DNA of 64,000 nucleotides, taken from an uncultured Clostridia bacterium. Lineage in GTDB: Bacteria > Bacillota > Clostridia > TANB77 > CAG-508. The DNA lies in NCBI GenBank assembly GCA_944387555.1, contig CALXFH010000001.1:82849-146848 (forward strand), given 5' to 3'. The translations under genes and the position numbers were made by a program. Below are positions 10,002-21,899 of this stretch, one piece after another (position 1 is the stretch's first letter; each line of letters begins with the position of its first letter). The notes under the pieces were generated by a model. It was not told the origin of the DNA and did not search any database. It saw only the letters and a program-made list of their open reading frames with translations.

Positions 10002-10808
10002 TTATTCTTGCATATGTTTTGCCTTCTTTTCTTCTTCATTCATCTTTAAAAATTCCTTTGCAAATTTCATATAGCTTTTTGCCCCTTTAGAACGAGGGTC
10101 ATATTCAGTAATAGGCATACCATAACTTGGAGCCTCACTTAATCTTACGTTTCTTGGTATTACTGTTTTATAAACCTTGTTCTCAAAATATTTTTTAACT
10201 TCTTTTACTACTTGATTAGAAAGGTTTGTTCTAATGTCATACATTGTAAGCAATGCACCTTCTATTCTAATTTCTTTATTTAAATGTTTCTTTACTAAAT
10301 TTATAGTGTTTAATAATTGTCCTAACCCCTCTAATGCAAAATATTCACATTGCACCGGTATTAAAACACTATTTGAGGCTGTAAAAGCATTTAATGTAAC
10401 CAAACCTAAAGAAGGAGGACAGTCAATTAAAATGTAATCGAACTTATTTTTAATTATGTCAACCTTTTCTTTTAATCTTTGTTCTCTTGACATCATAGAT
10501 ACTAGCTCTACCTCAGCTCCTGCTAAGTCCATATTTGCTGGACATACTTTTAGATTTTTAATCATAGTTTTTTGCATTACGTCATCAAATTCTGTATCAT
10601 TTACTAAAATATCATAAGTAGAAGGTGTAAGATCTTTATCTAAACCTAATCCACTTGTTGCATTACCTTGTGGGTCTGCATCTATTAATAAAACTTTTTT
10701 CCCTTTTTTAGCTAATATAGTTGCTAAATTTACTGTGGTTGTAGTCTTTCCTACACCACCTTTTTGATTTGCTACTGATATAATTTTTCCCAATTTTAAA
10801 GCCCCCAT
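10002..10808 (-). CDS. parA: Chromosome partitioning ATPase ParA/Soj
   Basis: Deviant Walker A KGGVGKTTT; the ParA/MinD fold is recognisable throughout. Confidence 0.9.
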   Translation of the reverse strand: MGALKLGKIISVANQKGGVGKTTTTVNLATILAKKGKKVLLIDADPQGNATSGLGLDKDLTPSTYDILVNDTEFDDVMQKTMIKNLKVCPANMDLAGAEVELVSMMSREQRLKEKVDIIKNKFDYILIDCPPSLGLVTLNAFTASNSVLIPVQCEYFALEGLGQLLNTINLVKKHLNKEIRIEGALLTMYDIRTNLSNQVVKEVKKYFENKVYKTVIPRNVRLSEAPSYGMPITEYDPRSKGAKSYMKFAKEFLKMNEEEKKAKHMQE

Positions 10809-10964
10809 TTTTAGTTAATATTTATAATTAAGTTCTAAGTTTTTTACAATACAATTGTATATAAAGAATAAAAAAAAGTCAATAAAATTTTGATAATTTT
10901 ATGACTTTTTTTATTATTTTTTCTTCTATTTTTATATTAGTTTTTACATACTTAATTTTATACT

Positions 10965-11687
10965 TTATGCAATAGGCTCTTTAGCTGGAGTTCCTGGTTT
11001 TCTTGGAAATTTTCCAGGTGTACTTTTTATTTTTTCTAATACGATTATGCTTCTTCCTAAGTCACTTTGTGGTAATGTAAATATATCCTTATTCTTAAGC
11101 TTTCCTCCTAATATTTCAATTGCCTTACTTGCTGTTTTTAATTCATCATCTACTTCTGCGCCTTTCATACATATACATTTACCACCTACTTTAATAAAAG
11201 GTAATAAATATTCAGATAAAGTAGAAAGGTTTGCAACTGCTCTTGAAGTAGCTATATCAAATTGCTCACGATATTTTTTATTCTTTCCTAATTCTTCTGC
11301 TCTTGCATGTATTGTTTCTATATTTTCTAATTTTAAATCTTTAATCACTTCATTTAAGAAGTTTATTCTCTTATTTAAAGAATCCATTAAAGTTATTTTT
11401 AAATCACTTCTATATATTTTTAAAGGTATTCCTGGAAAACCTGCTCCTGTCCCTACATCTATTAAAGTAGAATTTTTTCCTATGTATTTAGATATGGTTA
11501 AACAATCTACAAAATGTTTAAGAATTATCTCTTCTGGTTTAGTTATTGCTGTTAAATTTATTTTTTCATTCCACTCTATTAATAAATTCATATATGTATA
11601 AAATTTTTGTATTTGTTCTTCATTCAACTCTAATTTTAAATCTTTTAAATAGCTTTTAAATATTTGGCTAAATTCTTCTATATTCAT
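10965..11687 (-). CDS. rsmG: 16S rRNA (guanine527-N7)-methyltransferase RsmG (GidB)
   Basis: SAM-binding motif DVGTGAGFPGIPLKI; synteny downstream of mnmG. Confidence 0.9.
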   Translation of the reverse strand: MNIEEFSQIFKSYLKDLKLELNEEQIQKFYTYMNLLIEWNEKINLTAITKPEEIILKHFVDCLTISKYIGKNSTLIDVGTGAGFPGIPLKIYRSDLKITLMDSLNKRINFLNEVIKDLKLENIETIHARAEELGKNKKYREQFDIATSRAVANLSTLSEYLLPFIKVGGKCICMKGAEVDDELKTASKAIEILGGKLKNKDIFTLPQSDLGRSIIVLEKIKSTPGKFPRKPGTPAKEPIA

Positions 11688-11708
11688 TATAAATTTTCCT
11701 TTCCTAAT

Positions 11709-13613
11709 TTAGCTTTTACTATTTGCTTCTCCTTTTCTTTGTTGTAAATAAACAAGTAAAACAGATACATCTGCTGGTGAAACACCTGATATTCTTGATG
11801 CTTGACCAATAGAACGAGGTCTAAATTTATTTAATTTTTGCCTTCCTTCTAAACTAATTCCTTTTAATGTCTCATAATCTATGTCTTCTGGAAGTAATTT
11901 GGTTTCTAATTTTTTAAATTTTTCTACTTGTGCTTCTTGTAATTTAATATATCCTTCATATTTTATTTGTATTTCTACTTCTTCTTTTTCTTGTCTTGAA
12001 AGTTCTGGTCTTTCTGGATCTATTTCTTTTAAGGCATCGTATGTAAGCTCTGTACGCTTTAGCAATTCACTCATCTTTGTACCATTTGTAAGTATAGATG
12101 TTCCTGCATTTTCCAATAGTTTATTTACCTTTTCTTCTGGTTTTACTACTAATTTTTGTAATCTTTTAATTTCTTTTTCAATATTTTCTTTTTTCTTTAA
12201 AAACTTATCATATCTTTCATTAGAAATTAATCCTATTTCATGTCCTATTGGTGTTAATCTCAAATCTGCATTGTCTTGTCTTAGAAGAAGCCTATATTCA
12301 GCTCTAGATGTCATCATTCTATATGGCTCATTTGTTCCTTTCGTTACAATATCATCTATCAAAACACCAATATAAGCCTGGCTTCTATCTAAAATTACAG
12401 GTTCTTTATTATCTATTTTTCTTGAGGAATTTATTCCGGCAATTAGTCCTTGGCAAGCTGCTTCTTCATATCCAGACGTTCCATTTATTTGCCCTGCCAT
12501 AAATAGCCCTTCTATTCCTTTATATTCTAGTGAAAGCTTTAAATTAGAAGGATCTATACAGTCATATTCTATAGCATATGCAGGTCTTGTAAACTCTGCG
12601 TGCTCTAATCCTGGTATTGTATGATATAAAGCAATTTGCACATCTTCTGGAAGAGATGAACTCATTCCTTGTATATACATTTCTTCAGTATCTAGACCTA
12701 CTGGTTCAACAAAAGCTTGATGACGTGGTTTATCACTAAATCTAACTACTTTATCTTCTATTGATGGGCAATATCTAGGTCCTGTTCCTTCTATCATCCC
12801 TGAAAATAATGGAGATCTATTCAAATTTTTTCTAATTATTTCATGTGTTTTTTCATTTGTATATGTTAAATAACAATCTACTTGCTTAAAATCTTTCGGT
12901 TCATCTTCAAAAGAAAATGCTTCTATTCCTTCATCTCCCTTTTGAACTTCCATTTTGCTAAAATCTATGCTTCTTCTATTTATTCTTGCTGGAGTTCCTG
13001 TTTTAAATCTTATTAAATTTATTCCTAAATCTTTTAAGCAATCAGATAACTTATTTGCAGCAGCAACCCCATCTGGTCCACTCTCTTTAGAATATTCACC
13101 TATAAAGATTTTTCCTTTTAAATAAGTTCCTGTTGCAACAATAACTGTTTTTACTGAATAAATTGTTCCTAAATCTGTTTCTATTCCCGTTACTTTTCCA
13201 TCTTCTACAAATATTTTTGTAATTTCAGATTGTTTTACTTCTAAATTTTTTTGTTTTTCTAAAGTATGTTTCATTTCTGCTTGGTATTTCTTTCTATCTG
13301 CTTGTGCTCTTAGTGAATGTACTGCTGGCCCTTTAGAAGTATTTAACATTTTTATTTGTATCATAGTTTTATCTATATTTTTTCCCATCTCTCCACCTAG
13401 AGCATCTATTTCTCTTACTAAATGTCCCTTAGAACTTCCTCCAATATGAGGATTACATGGCATATTAGCTATAGCTTCTAAGCTAATAGAAAAAATCAGT
13501 GTCTTTTTTCCAAGCCTTGCTGAAGCAAGTGCAGCTTCACAACCAGCATGTCCTGCTCCTATTACTGCAGTATCATATTCTCCTGCAAAATATTCTCCTT
13601 TTTTTAGTTTCAT
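11709..13613 (-). CDS. mnmG: tRNA uridine 5-carboxymethylaminomethyl modification enzyme MnmG (GidA)
   Basis: FAD-binding [10 protein letters not shown]; full-length GidA-like sequence. Confidence 0.95.
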   Translation of the reverse strand: MKLKKGEYFAGEYDTAVIGAGHAGCEAALASARLGKKTLIFSISLEAIANMPCNPHIGGSSKGHLVREIDALGGEMGKNIDKTMIQIKMLNTSKGPAVHSLRAQADRKKYQAEMKHTLEKQKNLEVKQSEITKIFVEDGKVTGIETDLGTIYSVKTVIVATGTYLKGKIFIGEYSKESGPDGVAAANKLSDCLKDLGINLIRFKTGTPARINRRSIDFSKMEVQKGDEGIEAFSFEDEPKDFKQVDCYLTYTNEKTHEIIRKNLNRSPLFSGMIEGTGPRYCPSIEDKVVRFSDKPRHQAFVEPVGLDTEEMYIQGMSSSLPEDVQIALYHTIPGLEHAEFTRPAYAIEYDCIDPSNLKLSLEYKGIEGLFMAGQINGTSGYEEAACQGLIAGINSSRKIDNKEPVILDRSQAYIGVLIDDIVTKGTNEPYRMMTSRAEYRLLLRQDNADLRLTPIGHEIGLISNERYDKFLKKKENIEKEIKRLQKLVVKPEEKVNKLLENAGTSILTNGTKMSELLKRTELTYDALKEIDPERPELSRQEKEEVEIQIKYEGYIKLQEAQVEKFKKLETKLLPEDIDYETLKGISLEGRQKLNKFRPRSIGQASRISGVSPADVSVLLVYLQQRKGEANSKS

Positions 13614-14076
13614 TTATATTCTTCCTTTCTTAGTTTCAACAAATGTTCCACAGGCTTATATCTCTTGTATCCGTTATGGCTGTAATGTTCCCAAAATTTT
13701 TAATTCCGTGTGAAACAGAAATCATATTTCTATATGTTAATTATTATATTGTTTACCTATAAGTTCTACGTTATAATTTTTATGTATATTTCTGTTATTG
13801 CTTAAATCTTCCTTTTTTCATATAATTGATAAAATAGGACAAACTCTAATGTTTATATAAACTTATGTTGTTTTTGATTATGTTACTAGTGTTCGCTTTT
13901 TGTATAATTATTTTATAAATCTATTTATTCTTTTTTAAGTTCTAAAAACACAACTTGTCCTTATATATCTTTATGCCTTATTTCTTTTCAAAATCGTTCT
14001 TGCTTAATTTTTGTTCTTTTATTGTGAAATTAGTCGTCTAAAATATAAAAGCGTCTTATTTTTGATTTTCGTGTGT

Positions 14077-15448
14077 TTATTTTCCTAAACAAAATTTAGA
14101 AAAAATTTCATCAATAATATCATCAGTTACAACTTCACCTGTAATATTTCCTAAATCCTCTAAAATATCTTTAATAAATATTGCAATAATATCTAAGGGC
14201 ATCTTTTGTTCTAAAGTTTCTCTTGCTTTTTTTACACTCTCTATTGCTTTATCTATTAAATTTTTATGTCTTATATTCGTAATTACAACTTCTTGGTCTA
14301 AATTAATCTCATTTAAATTAAATAATCTGCTAATTTCATCATAAATATCTTCAATTCCTGTTTTGTTTAATGCAGAAATTTTTATTATAGAATTGCTTAC
14401 TTTTCTTAGTCTTTCATCATTTTCATCTATTTTTTGGTCTAAATCATTTTTATTTAGTATAATTATTGTTTTCTTATCTTTTATTAAATCTAATATTTCT
14501 AAATCTTCTTTTGTTAGTTCTTCAGATGCATCAAATATAGCAATTACAAGATCTGCTTCTTTTGTCATTTCTCTAGATTTTTCAATTCCTATCTTTTCTA
14601 CTTCATCTTTTGCATCTCTTATACCTGCTGTATCTACTAGTTTTAAAGGAATTCCATTTACTGTTACAAATTCTTCTATTGTATCTCTTGTTGTTCCTTC
14701 ATACTGTGTTACTATTGCCCTATCTTCTTTTAAAATTGCATTTAAAAGAGAGGATTTGCCAGCATTAGGTCTTCCTACTATTACTGTTTTTATACCTTCT
14801 TTTATTATTTTCCCATTATCAAAGCTTTTCTCTAGCTTTTCTAATTTACTTTGTACACTATCAAACATGTCTAAAATTTGTTTATTAGTTACATCAGGAG
14901 TATCATATTCTGGGTAATCTATTGTAACTTCTATATTTACCATTACATCCATTATTTCTTGTTTTATCTCTGCTATTTTTTTAGATAAGAAACCTTCTAA
15001 CTGCTTTATTCCTGTTTTTGCTTCTCTTTCTGACTTAGCATTAATAACATCTATTACAGACTCTGCTTGTAATAAATCTATTCTTCCATTTAAGAAAGCT
15101 CTTTTTGTGAATTCACCCGGTTCCGCAAGGTCTGCACCATTTTTTAAGCATAATTCTAGTATTTTTTTAACAACAATATTTCCTCCATGTGAATTTATTT
15201 CACACATATTCTCTGTTGTATAACTTTTAGGCGCTTTAAAATATGATACTAATACCTCATCTACAATATTACCATTTTCAACAATATTTCCGTATTTCAT
15301 TGTATAACCTTTTATTTCTTCTATTGGCTTTTTGTTCTTTGGAACAAATATTTTATCTAAAACATTAAAGCAATTTTCTCCACTCATTCTTATTATTCCA
15401 ATTCCCCCAATTCCGAGGAGCCGTAGAGATTGATGCTATTGTACTCAT
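14077..15448 (-). CDS. mnmE: tRNA modification GTPase MnmE (TrmE). The ORF-track CDS spans 14077..15387; the conserved N-terminus (MSTIASISTAP...) is encoded upstream in another frame, which implies a +1 frameshift near 15413
   Basis: G-domain GRPNAGKSS; C-terminal CLGK. The upstream 27-codon ORF with a strong SD (GGAGG) encodes MSTIASISTAP, which resembles the canonical MnmE start. A shifted frame gives GIGGIGIIRMSGENC, joining to the annotated start. Confidence 0.85.
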
Positions 15449-15709
15449 TCTATTTTCCTCCATTTTTTATAAAGTATTCAAATGTTATATTTACGTATAT
15501 GTCAAGATTGGTTTTAATGTTTAATCACTGTTAACATTTTTATTTATAACACATATTTGTAAATATTGCAAGTGTCAAATTAAACTTTTTACTAAAATTT
15601 TATTTTTTTCTATAAAAAAAGTCAAAGATAGAATTTACATTTTTCTTGTAAAATCTGACCTTTGACCTCCGATTTTATATATAAAATTATTTTTATTCTT
15701 TATTTTTTC

Positions 15710-16405
15710 TTACTTTTTTAAAGAAATTACTATTCTTCTATATGGCTCTTCACCAATACTATTTGTTTCTACTTTGTCATTTCCCTGTAATTCAGTATGA
15801 ATTATTTTTCTTTCATATGCTTGCATTGGCTCTAATTTAACAGGTTTTCTTGTTCTTATTACTGTTTTTGCAACTTTCTCTGCTAATTCTTCTAATGTTT
15901 TTTCTCTTTTGGCTTTATAACCTTCTATATCTAAAATAACTCTTACCTTATTGTCTATTCCTTTACCTGCTACAGCTGTTAATATATTTTGCAAAGCATA
16001 TAATGTCTCTCCCCTATATCCTATCAAAAATCCTAAACTTGGGCTATTTAAGTAGACATATATAGCATTTTTTTCTGTTTTTATACTGTAAGTTGTATCT
16101 TCTGGTAGTTCTGCTTTCAATTCTGTTAAGAATTTATCTATATTTTCCTTTGCTTTTTCTTGTTCTTCTTCTGATAAAACTATTTCTTTTTTAGGTCTTA
16201 TTTCATGATGTTTCTCCATAGTGTTTTCTTTTAAAGTCATCTCTACTTTAACAACTCTTGGTGCTAAAATACTGAAGAAACTTCTTTTATCTTCACTTTC
16301 CAAAACCTTTATATCTACCATTTTTCTACTTACATTTAACTCTTTTAACCCTTTTTCAATAGCTTCATTCGTTGTTTTTCCTTCAGAAATGATTGTTTTT
16401 GCCAT
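15710..16405 (-). CDS. jag: Jag/SpoIIIJ-associated RNA-binding protein (KH + R3H domains)
   Basis: Conserved position downstream of yidC; R3H motif region ...ERKIIHTEL... Confidence 0.8.
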   Translation of the reverse strand: MAKTIISEGKTTNEAIEKGLKELNVSRKMVDIKVLESEDKRSFFSILAPRVVKVEMTLKENTMEKHHEIRPKKEIVLSEEEQEKAKENIDKFLTELKAELPEDTTYSIKTEKNAIYVYLNSPSLGFLIGYRGETLYALQNILTAVAGKGIDNKVRVILDIEGYKAKREKTLEELAEKVAKTVIRTRKPVKLEPMQAYERKIIHTELQGNDKVETNSIGEEPYRRIVISLKK

Positions 16406-16422
16406 ATTTTAAGTTCCTCCCT

Positions 16423-17328
16423 TTATTTTATTACTTTATCTAAAATTAATCTTTCTGCAATCATTAGTATATTGCTAATTAACCAATATAAAGCAAGTCC
16501 TAAAGGTGCTATAAATGCAATTGAAATAGACATGATTGGCATCATCCAAGACATCATTTTATTAGTTTGCATTACAGCATCCATTTCGTTGTTTTCTTCC
16601 TCCTGAGGCACTAGTTCTTTTCCTGTAGTTCCATCAATTTTAATATCTTTTGCTTCTTTTTCTTCTTTTTGTTGTTTATTTTTCTTAGCTTGCATTGCTG
16701 TAGTCATCTTTATAGAAACAAAAGAAGATAGAATGTATAGAACAGGAATAATGTATACTGTATAATCTGTCATATTCTGTTGTGGTACTTTACTTAAATC
16801 TAGTCCTAAGAAGTTCATTTGAAGATTTAACTTCTCAACATTTGGATCATCTGGGTTTTGTTCTTTTAACCAATTTGATTCTCTTATTAAATCTATTTCA
16901 GGATAAACTTGGCTTACGGCTTTACCGTTTTCCTGTAATTGTGTAACATAGTTACTTATACTATCTTGTGGTATTTTTTCCATATATGTTAACGGACTTC
17001 TTACCAAATAGAATATTGATAATAATAAAAGTAATTGTATTATTGCTGTTAAACAACCACTAAAAGGACTCATATTTTCTGATTTGTATAAATTCATCAT
17101 TTCTTGATTCATTTTTTCTGGGTCGCTTTTATATTTAAATTGAATTACTTTCATCTTTTCCTGTAATTCTGTACTTTTCTTCATTGTTCTTTGTTGCTTT
17201 ATTGAAAGTGGTAGCAAAAGTAATTTTATTATTACAGTAAATAAAATAATTGCTACACCATAGTTATTTACTACCTGATATAAAAACTGGAGTAAATAAC
17301 CAAAAATATTAGCAAAGAAATCAAACAT
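16423..17328 (-). CDS. yidC: Membrane protein insertase YidC/SpoIIIJ (Oxa1 family)
   Basis: Polytopic membrane protein with basic C-terminal region; synteny rnpA-yidD-yidC. Confidence 0.85.
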   Translation of the reverse strand: MFDFFANIFGYLLQFLYQVVNNYGVAIILFTVIIKLLLLPLSIKQQRTMKKSTELQEKMKVIQFKYKSDPEKMNQEMMNLYKSENMSPFSGCLTAIIQLLLLLSIFYLVRSPLTYMEKIPQDSISNYVTQLQENGKAVSQVYPEIDLIRESNWLKEQNPDDPNVEKLNLQMNFLGLDLSKVPQQNMTDYTVYIIPVLYILSSFVSIKMTTAMQAKKNKQQKEEKEAKDIKIDGTTGKELVPQEEENNEMDAVMQTNKMMSWMMPIMSISIAFIAPLGLALYWLISNILMIAERLILDKVIK

Positions 17329-17351
17329 TTATTATTTTCCCCCTAATTAAT

Positions 17352-17570
17352 TTATTTTAATGGGTCATATCCACCTTTTGAAAAAGGATTACATCTTAAA
17401 ATTCTCCAAATTCCAAGACATATCCCTTTCCCTGCTCCATACTTTTCAATTGCTTGTTTAGTATATTCTGAGCAAGTTGGATAAAATTTACAATTTATAT
17501 TTTTTGATTTTAACCATGTTGAAATATGTTTTTGATATTGCTCAATTAGCCATATCAGTAATTTTTTCAT
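17352..17570 (-). CDS. yidD: Membrane protein insertion efficiency factor YidD
   Basis: 72 aa with conserved Cys pattern ([10 protein letters not shown]...[12 protein letters not shown]). Confidence 0.85.
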   Translation of the reverse strand: MKKLLIWLIEQYQKHISTWLKSKNINCKFYPTCSEYTKQAIEKYGAGKGICLGIWRILRCNPFSKGGYDPLK

Positions 17571-17572
17571 TG

Positions 17573-17923
17573 TTATTCCTCGCCTAAAATCCCTGATTTA
17601 TCAAATATTTTATTCATATCTTTTTTTATGTTTTTATAGTTTGCATTTTTAATATCTACTTTCTTTTTCCATAAAAAAACTATAGAATAACCTTTTTTTA
17701 TACTATCTTCTGAATTTTTGTAACTCTCTCTTATTAACCTTTTAATATAATTTCTTTTAGTTGCTTTAGCAACTTTTGTTCCAATTGCTATTCCTAAAAG
17801 ATTTTTATTTTTTATATTATTTTTTCTTATAAAAGCTTCTATACAAAAACCTGAATAATATTTTCCCTTTGATAAAACATTTTTAAATTCATAATTTTTT
17901 TTAAGCATTTTTGTTTTTTTCAT
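17573..17923 (-). CDS. rnpA: RNase P protein component RnpA
   Basis: 116 aa basic protein between rpmH and yidD; matches the RnpA pattern. Confidence 0.8.
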   Translation of the reverse strand: MKKTKMLKKNYEFKNVLSKGKYYSGFCIEAFIRKNNIKNKNLLGIAIGTKVAKATKRNYIKRLIRESYKNSEDSIKKGYSIVFLWKKKVDIKNANYKNIKKDMNKIFDKSGILGEE

Positions 17924-18039
17924 TATTTGTTCTCCCCTTCTAAAGCCAAGGTAGAAATAATGAAAAAAGATTTTCTTAATTAACTATTTGTAAAAGGCTC
18001 GCAAAGTTTGCGGCCTTAAACATAATAATAATTAAGCAC

Positions 18040-18167
18040 TTAATTTTTTTCTACCTTTTTGTCTTCTTGCTTTAAGTACGTTTCTTCCAGATCTTGTTTT
18101 CATTCTTTTCATAAAACCATGCTCTTTCTTTTCTTGTCTATTTTTTGGTTGATATGTTCTTTTCATT
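18040..18167 (-). CDS. rpmH: 50S ribosomal protein L34 (coordinates approximate)
   Basis: Minus-strand translation reads [39 protein letters not shown]; not in the ORF track because it is short. Confidence 0.8.
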
Positions 18168-18329
18168 TACTTAGCACCTCCTACTGTATTTTTTTATAAA
18201 ATCCATTTTAAAAATGGAATATTTTCAAATTTGCAAAATAACAAGTATATCAATTATACTTTACAAAAACCATAAATGTCAAGAATTTTTTGGAATTTTT
18301 TTATATTTTTTTGTAATCACTTTGTAATA

Positions 18330-18560
18330 AAGATAAAGTTTTCCACAGTTTTTTAGACACTTATCCACAATTTTAAAATTTTTTCCACAATCTTATTGAC
18401 TTCTTATACTTAAATTTGTTATTATGTGTAAAGTAAAAAAATAAGTGAGTTTTTTATTGATATTACTTGAATTTTTGTTCGTACAAATTCCTAGATTTTT
18501 TACAAAAACATTACAAAGTTATCAACAGTTGTGGATAACTTTGTGGATAACTTTTTAGAA
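18330..18560. promoter_or_regulatory. oriC DnaA-box cluster upstream of dnaA
   Basis: TTATCCACA at 18361; TTTTCCACA at ~18339 and ~18381; TTATCAACA at ~18519; TGTGGATAA at 18531 and 18542. Confidence 0.8.
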
Positions 18561-18573
18561 AGGATGATTTTAA

Positions 18574-19931
18574 TGGCGGAGATCAATAAAGAAGAATTAA
18601 TTGCAAAAATAAAAGAACTTTTAAAACCTGAAGTCACAAAAATATCTTATGATACCTGGATTATGCCATTAGATATTAGAAGTATAGAAGGAAATCATAT
18701 TGTTTTTACAGCTAATTCTGAATTTCAACAAGATTTTATTGAAAACAAATACAAAAGTCTAATTTTTAACACATTAAAATACATAACAAATAAAGAATGG
18801 ACTTTTTCAGTTGTTGATTTATCTAAAGAAGAAGATGCCAATGAGTCAAAAGAAATTATTTCTGAGGATTCTGATACACCTTCTGCTGAAGTGGAGATAA
18901 ATAGATCAACATTAAATCCTAAATATACATTTGAGACTTTTGTTGTTGGAAATAACAACAGATTTGCACATGCTGCAGCTTTAGCAGTAGCAAGTGAGCC
19001 AGCTAAATCTTACAATCCATTATTTTTATATGGTGGAGTAGGTTTAGGAAAAACTCACTTAATGCATGCTATAGGAAATAGGATTTTAGAAAATAATTCA
19101 AATGCAAATGTTTTATATGTTACTTCTGAGAAATTCACAAATCAGCTTATTAATGCAATTAAGGACAACAAAAATGAATTTTTTAGAAATAAGTATAGGA
19201 ATATTGATGTTTTACTTATTGATGATATTCAATTTATAGCAGGAAAGGAAAGAGTTCAAGAAGAATTTTTCCATACTTTTAATTCTTTATATGAAGATGG
19301 AAAACAAATAATTATTTCTAGTGATAAACCTCCTAGAGATATTCAATTCTTAGAAGATAGGCTAAAATCTAGATTTGAATGGGGACTACTTGCAGATATT
19401 TCTTGTCCAGATTATGAAACTCGTTTAGCAATACTAAGAAAGAAAGCTCAAGATGAAAATGTTGTTATAGAAGATTTTATTCTTTCTGATATTGCAAATA
19501 AAATTGATTCTAACATAAGAGAGTTAGAAGGAGTATTTAATAAAATAGTGGCAAGAGCATCACTTACACATAGTCCAATTACTATTGAACTTGCTGAAAA
19601 TATTATAAACGAATTCAAATACGAAAGTGAAAAAGTAATATCATCTGATTTTATCAAAGAAACTGTTGCAAAATATTTTAGTATTAATAAAGATGATTTA
19701 GCAGGAAATAAAAGATCTAATGATATAGCTTTTCCCAGACAAATTGCAATGTACTTATGTAGAGAGGTTGCAAGTATGTCATATCCTCAAATTGGTACGG
19801 ATTTTGGGGGAAGAGACCACTCTACAGTAATGCATGCTTGTAAGAAAATAGAAAAGGAAGTAAAAGAAAAAAGTAATACTAAATTAATTGTGGATAGTGT
19901 GAAAAACATAATCATAAATGGTAAAGAATAG
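18574..19931 (+). CDS. dnaA: Chromosomal replication initiator DnaA. The ORF track starts at 18531, but the likely start is ATG 18574 (MAEINKEEL...), 8 nt after AGGA
   Basis: AAA+ motif GGVGLGKTHL; C-terminal DNA-binding domain; the longer N-terminal extension overlaps DnaA boxes. Confidence 0.95.
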
Positions 19932-20019
19932 ATGTCGAAAAAGAAAGAAAGATTTTTTAAAATTTATGTTTGTAAAAATTATGTTTTGAAAGATAACATT
20001 CTTTCTGTTCTTACGGAAT

Positions 20020-20200
20020 GAATACATTCGTTATCCACATGGTACTGTTGAAAACCTGTGTATAAACTGTGTATATCTCAGTTTTACACAATTGAAATTT
20101 TAAACTGTGGATAATTAATTAAGTTATCCACCAAGTTATCAACATCGATTTTGTTAGGGATATCAGTTATCAACATAGTTTTCCACAGTTTCCACAGGAC
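20020..20200. promoter_or_regulatory. DnaA-box cluster and AT-rich region between dnaA and dnaN (second half of a bipartite oriC)
   Basis: TTATCCACA at ~20025; TGTGGATAA at ~20105; TTATCCACC at ~20123; TTATCAACA at ~20134 and ~20166; TTTTCCACA at ~20179. Confidence 0.75.
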
Positions 20201-20263
20201 CTAATACTATTACTACTAATAATTATTAAATTATTTATAAAATATATAAAGGAGGAAGTTAAA

Positions 20264-21379
20264 ATGAAAATTGTATGTTACAAAGACAAACTTATTAAAG
20301 CATTAAATTCCGTAGTAAAAGGTGTAGCTTCTAAAACTACAATGCCTATACTAGAAGGAATACTTATTCAAACTAATGATAATGAAATAAAATTAACTAC
20401 TTATGATTTAGAAATTGGAATAGAGTATGTAATGGATTGTGAAGTACAAGAACAAGGAAGTACAGTTGTAAATGCTATAATGTTTAGTGAAATTATTAGA
20501 AAATTGCCAGATACAGAAATTTATATTTCTGTAAATGAAAATAATTTATTAGAAATAGAATGTGAAGGTTCTTTATATAAATTAGCAACTATGAATCCAG
20601 ATGAATTTCCAGAACTTCCAAAAATAGAAGTTGAAAATTCAATTGAAGTAGAACAAAATACTTTAAAAAATATGATTAGAAGAACAATCTTTGCAGTAAG
20701 TACTGAAGAAAGTAGACCAATTTTTACAGGATGCTTATTTGAAATTGAAAATAATAAATTAAATGTTGTTGCAGTTGACGGTTTTAGATTAGCTTTAAGA
20801 AGTATTTATTTAAATAAACAAACTAATGATTTTAAAGCAGTTATACCAGGAAAAACTTTAAATGAAGTTAACAAAATAATTTCAGATTCTTTTGAACCAG
20901 TTAAAATAGGTGTTGCTAAAAACCAAGCATTATTTGAAATGGATAATTGTAAAGTTGTTACAAGAATTCTTGATGGAGAGTTCTTAAATTATAAAAATGT
21001 TATTCCAAGTAATTGGGAAACAAGAATGAAAGTTAATAAAAATAGTTTACAAAATAGTTTTGAAAGAATTAGTTTAATTTCAGCATCAAGTGTTGAAAAA
21101 GAGAAGAAATATCCAGTTAAAGTTCAAGTTGATATAGGAAAAGTTGTTATTTCTTGTACTAACCAAACAGGAGATGCTAAAGAAGAATTATATGTTTCAA
21201 CAGAAGGTAAGAATTTAGAAGCAGGTTTTAATCCAAAATATTTCTTAGATAGTTTAAAAGCAATTGATGATGAGGAAGTATATGTTGAATTTGGTAGCAG
21301 CATTTCACCTTGCTTAATAAAACCTATTGATAATAACGATTATACATATATGATTTTACCAATTAGATTAAAAGAATAA
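20264..21379 (+). CDS. dnaN: DNA polymerase III beta sliding clamp
   Basis: 371 aa with a three-domain beta-clamp pattern; strong RBS AAGGAGGAAG. Confidence 0.95.
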   Translation: MKIVCYKDKLIKALNSVVKGVASKTTMPILEGILIQTNDNEIKLTTYDLEIGIEYVMDCEVQEQGSTVVNAIMFSEIIRKLPDTEIYISVNENNLLEIECEGSLYKLATMNPDEFPELPKIEVENSIEVEQNTLKNMIRRTIFAVSTEESRPIFTGCLFEIENNKLNVVAVDGFRLALRSIYLNKQTNDFKAVIPGKTLNEVNKIISDSFEPVKIGVAKNQALFEMDNCKVVTRILDGEFLNYKNVIPSNWETRMKVNKNSLQNSFERISLISASSVEKEKKYPVKVQVDIGKVVISCTNQTGDAKEELYVSTEGKNLEAGFNPKYFLDSLKAIDDEEVYVEFGSSISPCLIKPIDNNDYTYMILPIRLKE

Positions 21380-21429
21380 AATTAATAGATGATAAAAGAC
21401 TAGGGAAGAGGTAGTTTTAACAAACTATC

Positions 21430-21890
21430 TCTTTTTAGTTATCCACAATTAACTAACAAACTGTGGATAACTTCTGTTTATAAAATGCATAGAAAAAACG
21501 AGTAAAAAATAGGAAAAAATAGATAAAAAAAGATAATCATATATTTTTGAAAGAATATCAAAATCTTGGATACCTGTGGATAACTTCGCTTAAAAATAAT
21601 TCAAAAAAAATAGAATAAATTAGAAAAAAATTAAAAAAAATAGAAAACGAGAGAAAAAACGAGATAATGATATATGTTGATAACTATAAAAATGAAAAAA
21701 TTAGAAAAAAATAGAAAAAAAAAGGATAAATTAGAAAACAAGAGATAATCATATGAAAATGAGTATGTGGAAAAGCTGTGGAAAATGAAAAACGAAGAAA
21801 ACAAGAGAATAAATTAGTAAAAAATCGAAAAAAATAGAAAATGAGAGATAATGACATAAAAATAAACTGTGGATAACTAAATAATGTTAG
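21430..21890. promoter_or_regulatory. Third DnaA-box cluster, organised as four tandem repeat units (GAGATAATSATAT ... DnaA box), immediately downstream of dnaN
   Basis: Inverted pair TTATCCACA (~21441) / TGTGGATAA (~21465); then units ending in tgtggataacttcgc (~21576), tgttgataactat (~21676), tgtggaaaagctgtggaaaa (~21766) and ctgtggataactaa (~21872). Each unit is preceded by aaaaatagaaaa-gagagataatSAtat. Confidence 0.7.
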
Positions 21891-21899
21891 CACTTAAAA

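Noticed and set aside
9127-13700. Searched for parS (TGTTTCACGTGAAACA) in and around parB and the origin region
   Set aside because: There is no full match by eye. The nearest are half-sites: gtgtgaaaca at ~13690, and tgtttcac-tttg-gtgaaa at ~62885, which has a 4-nt insert. parS may lie outside the window or be too diverged to spot manually.
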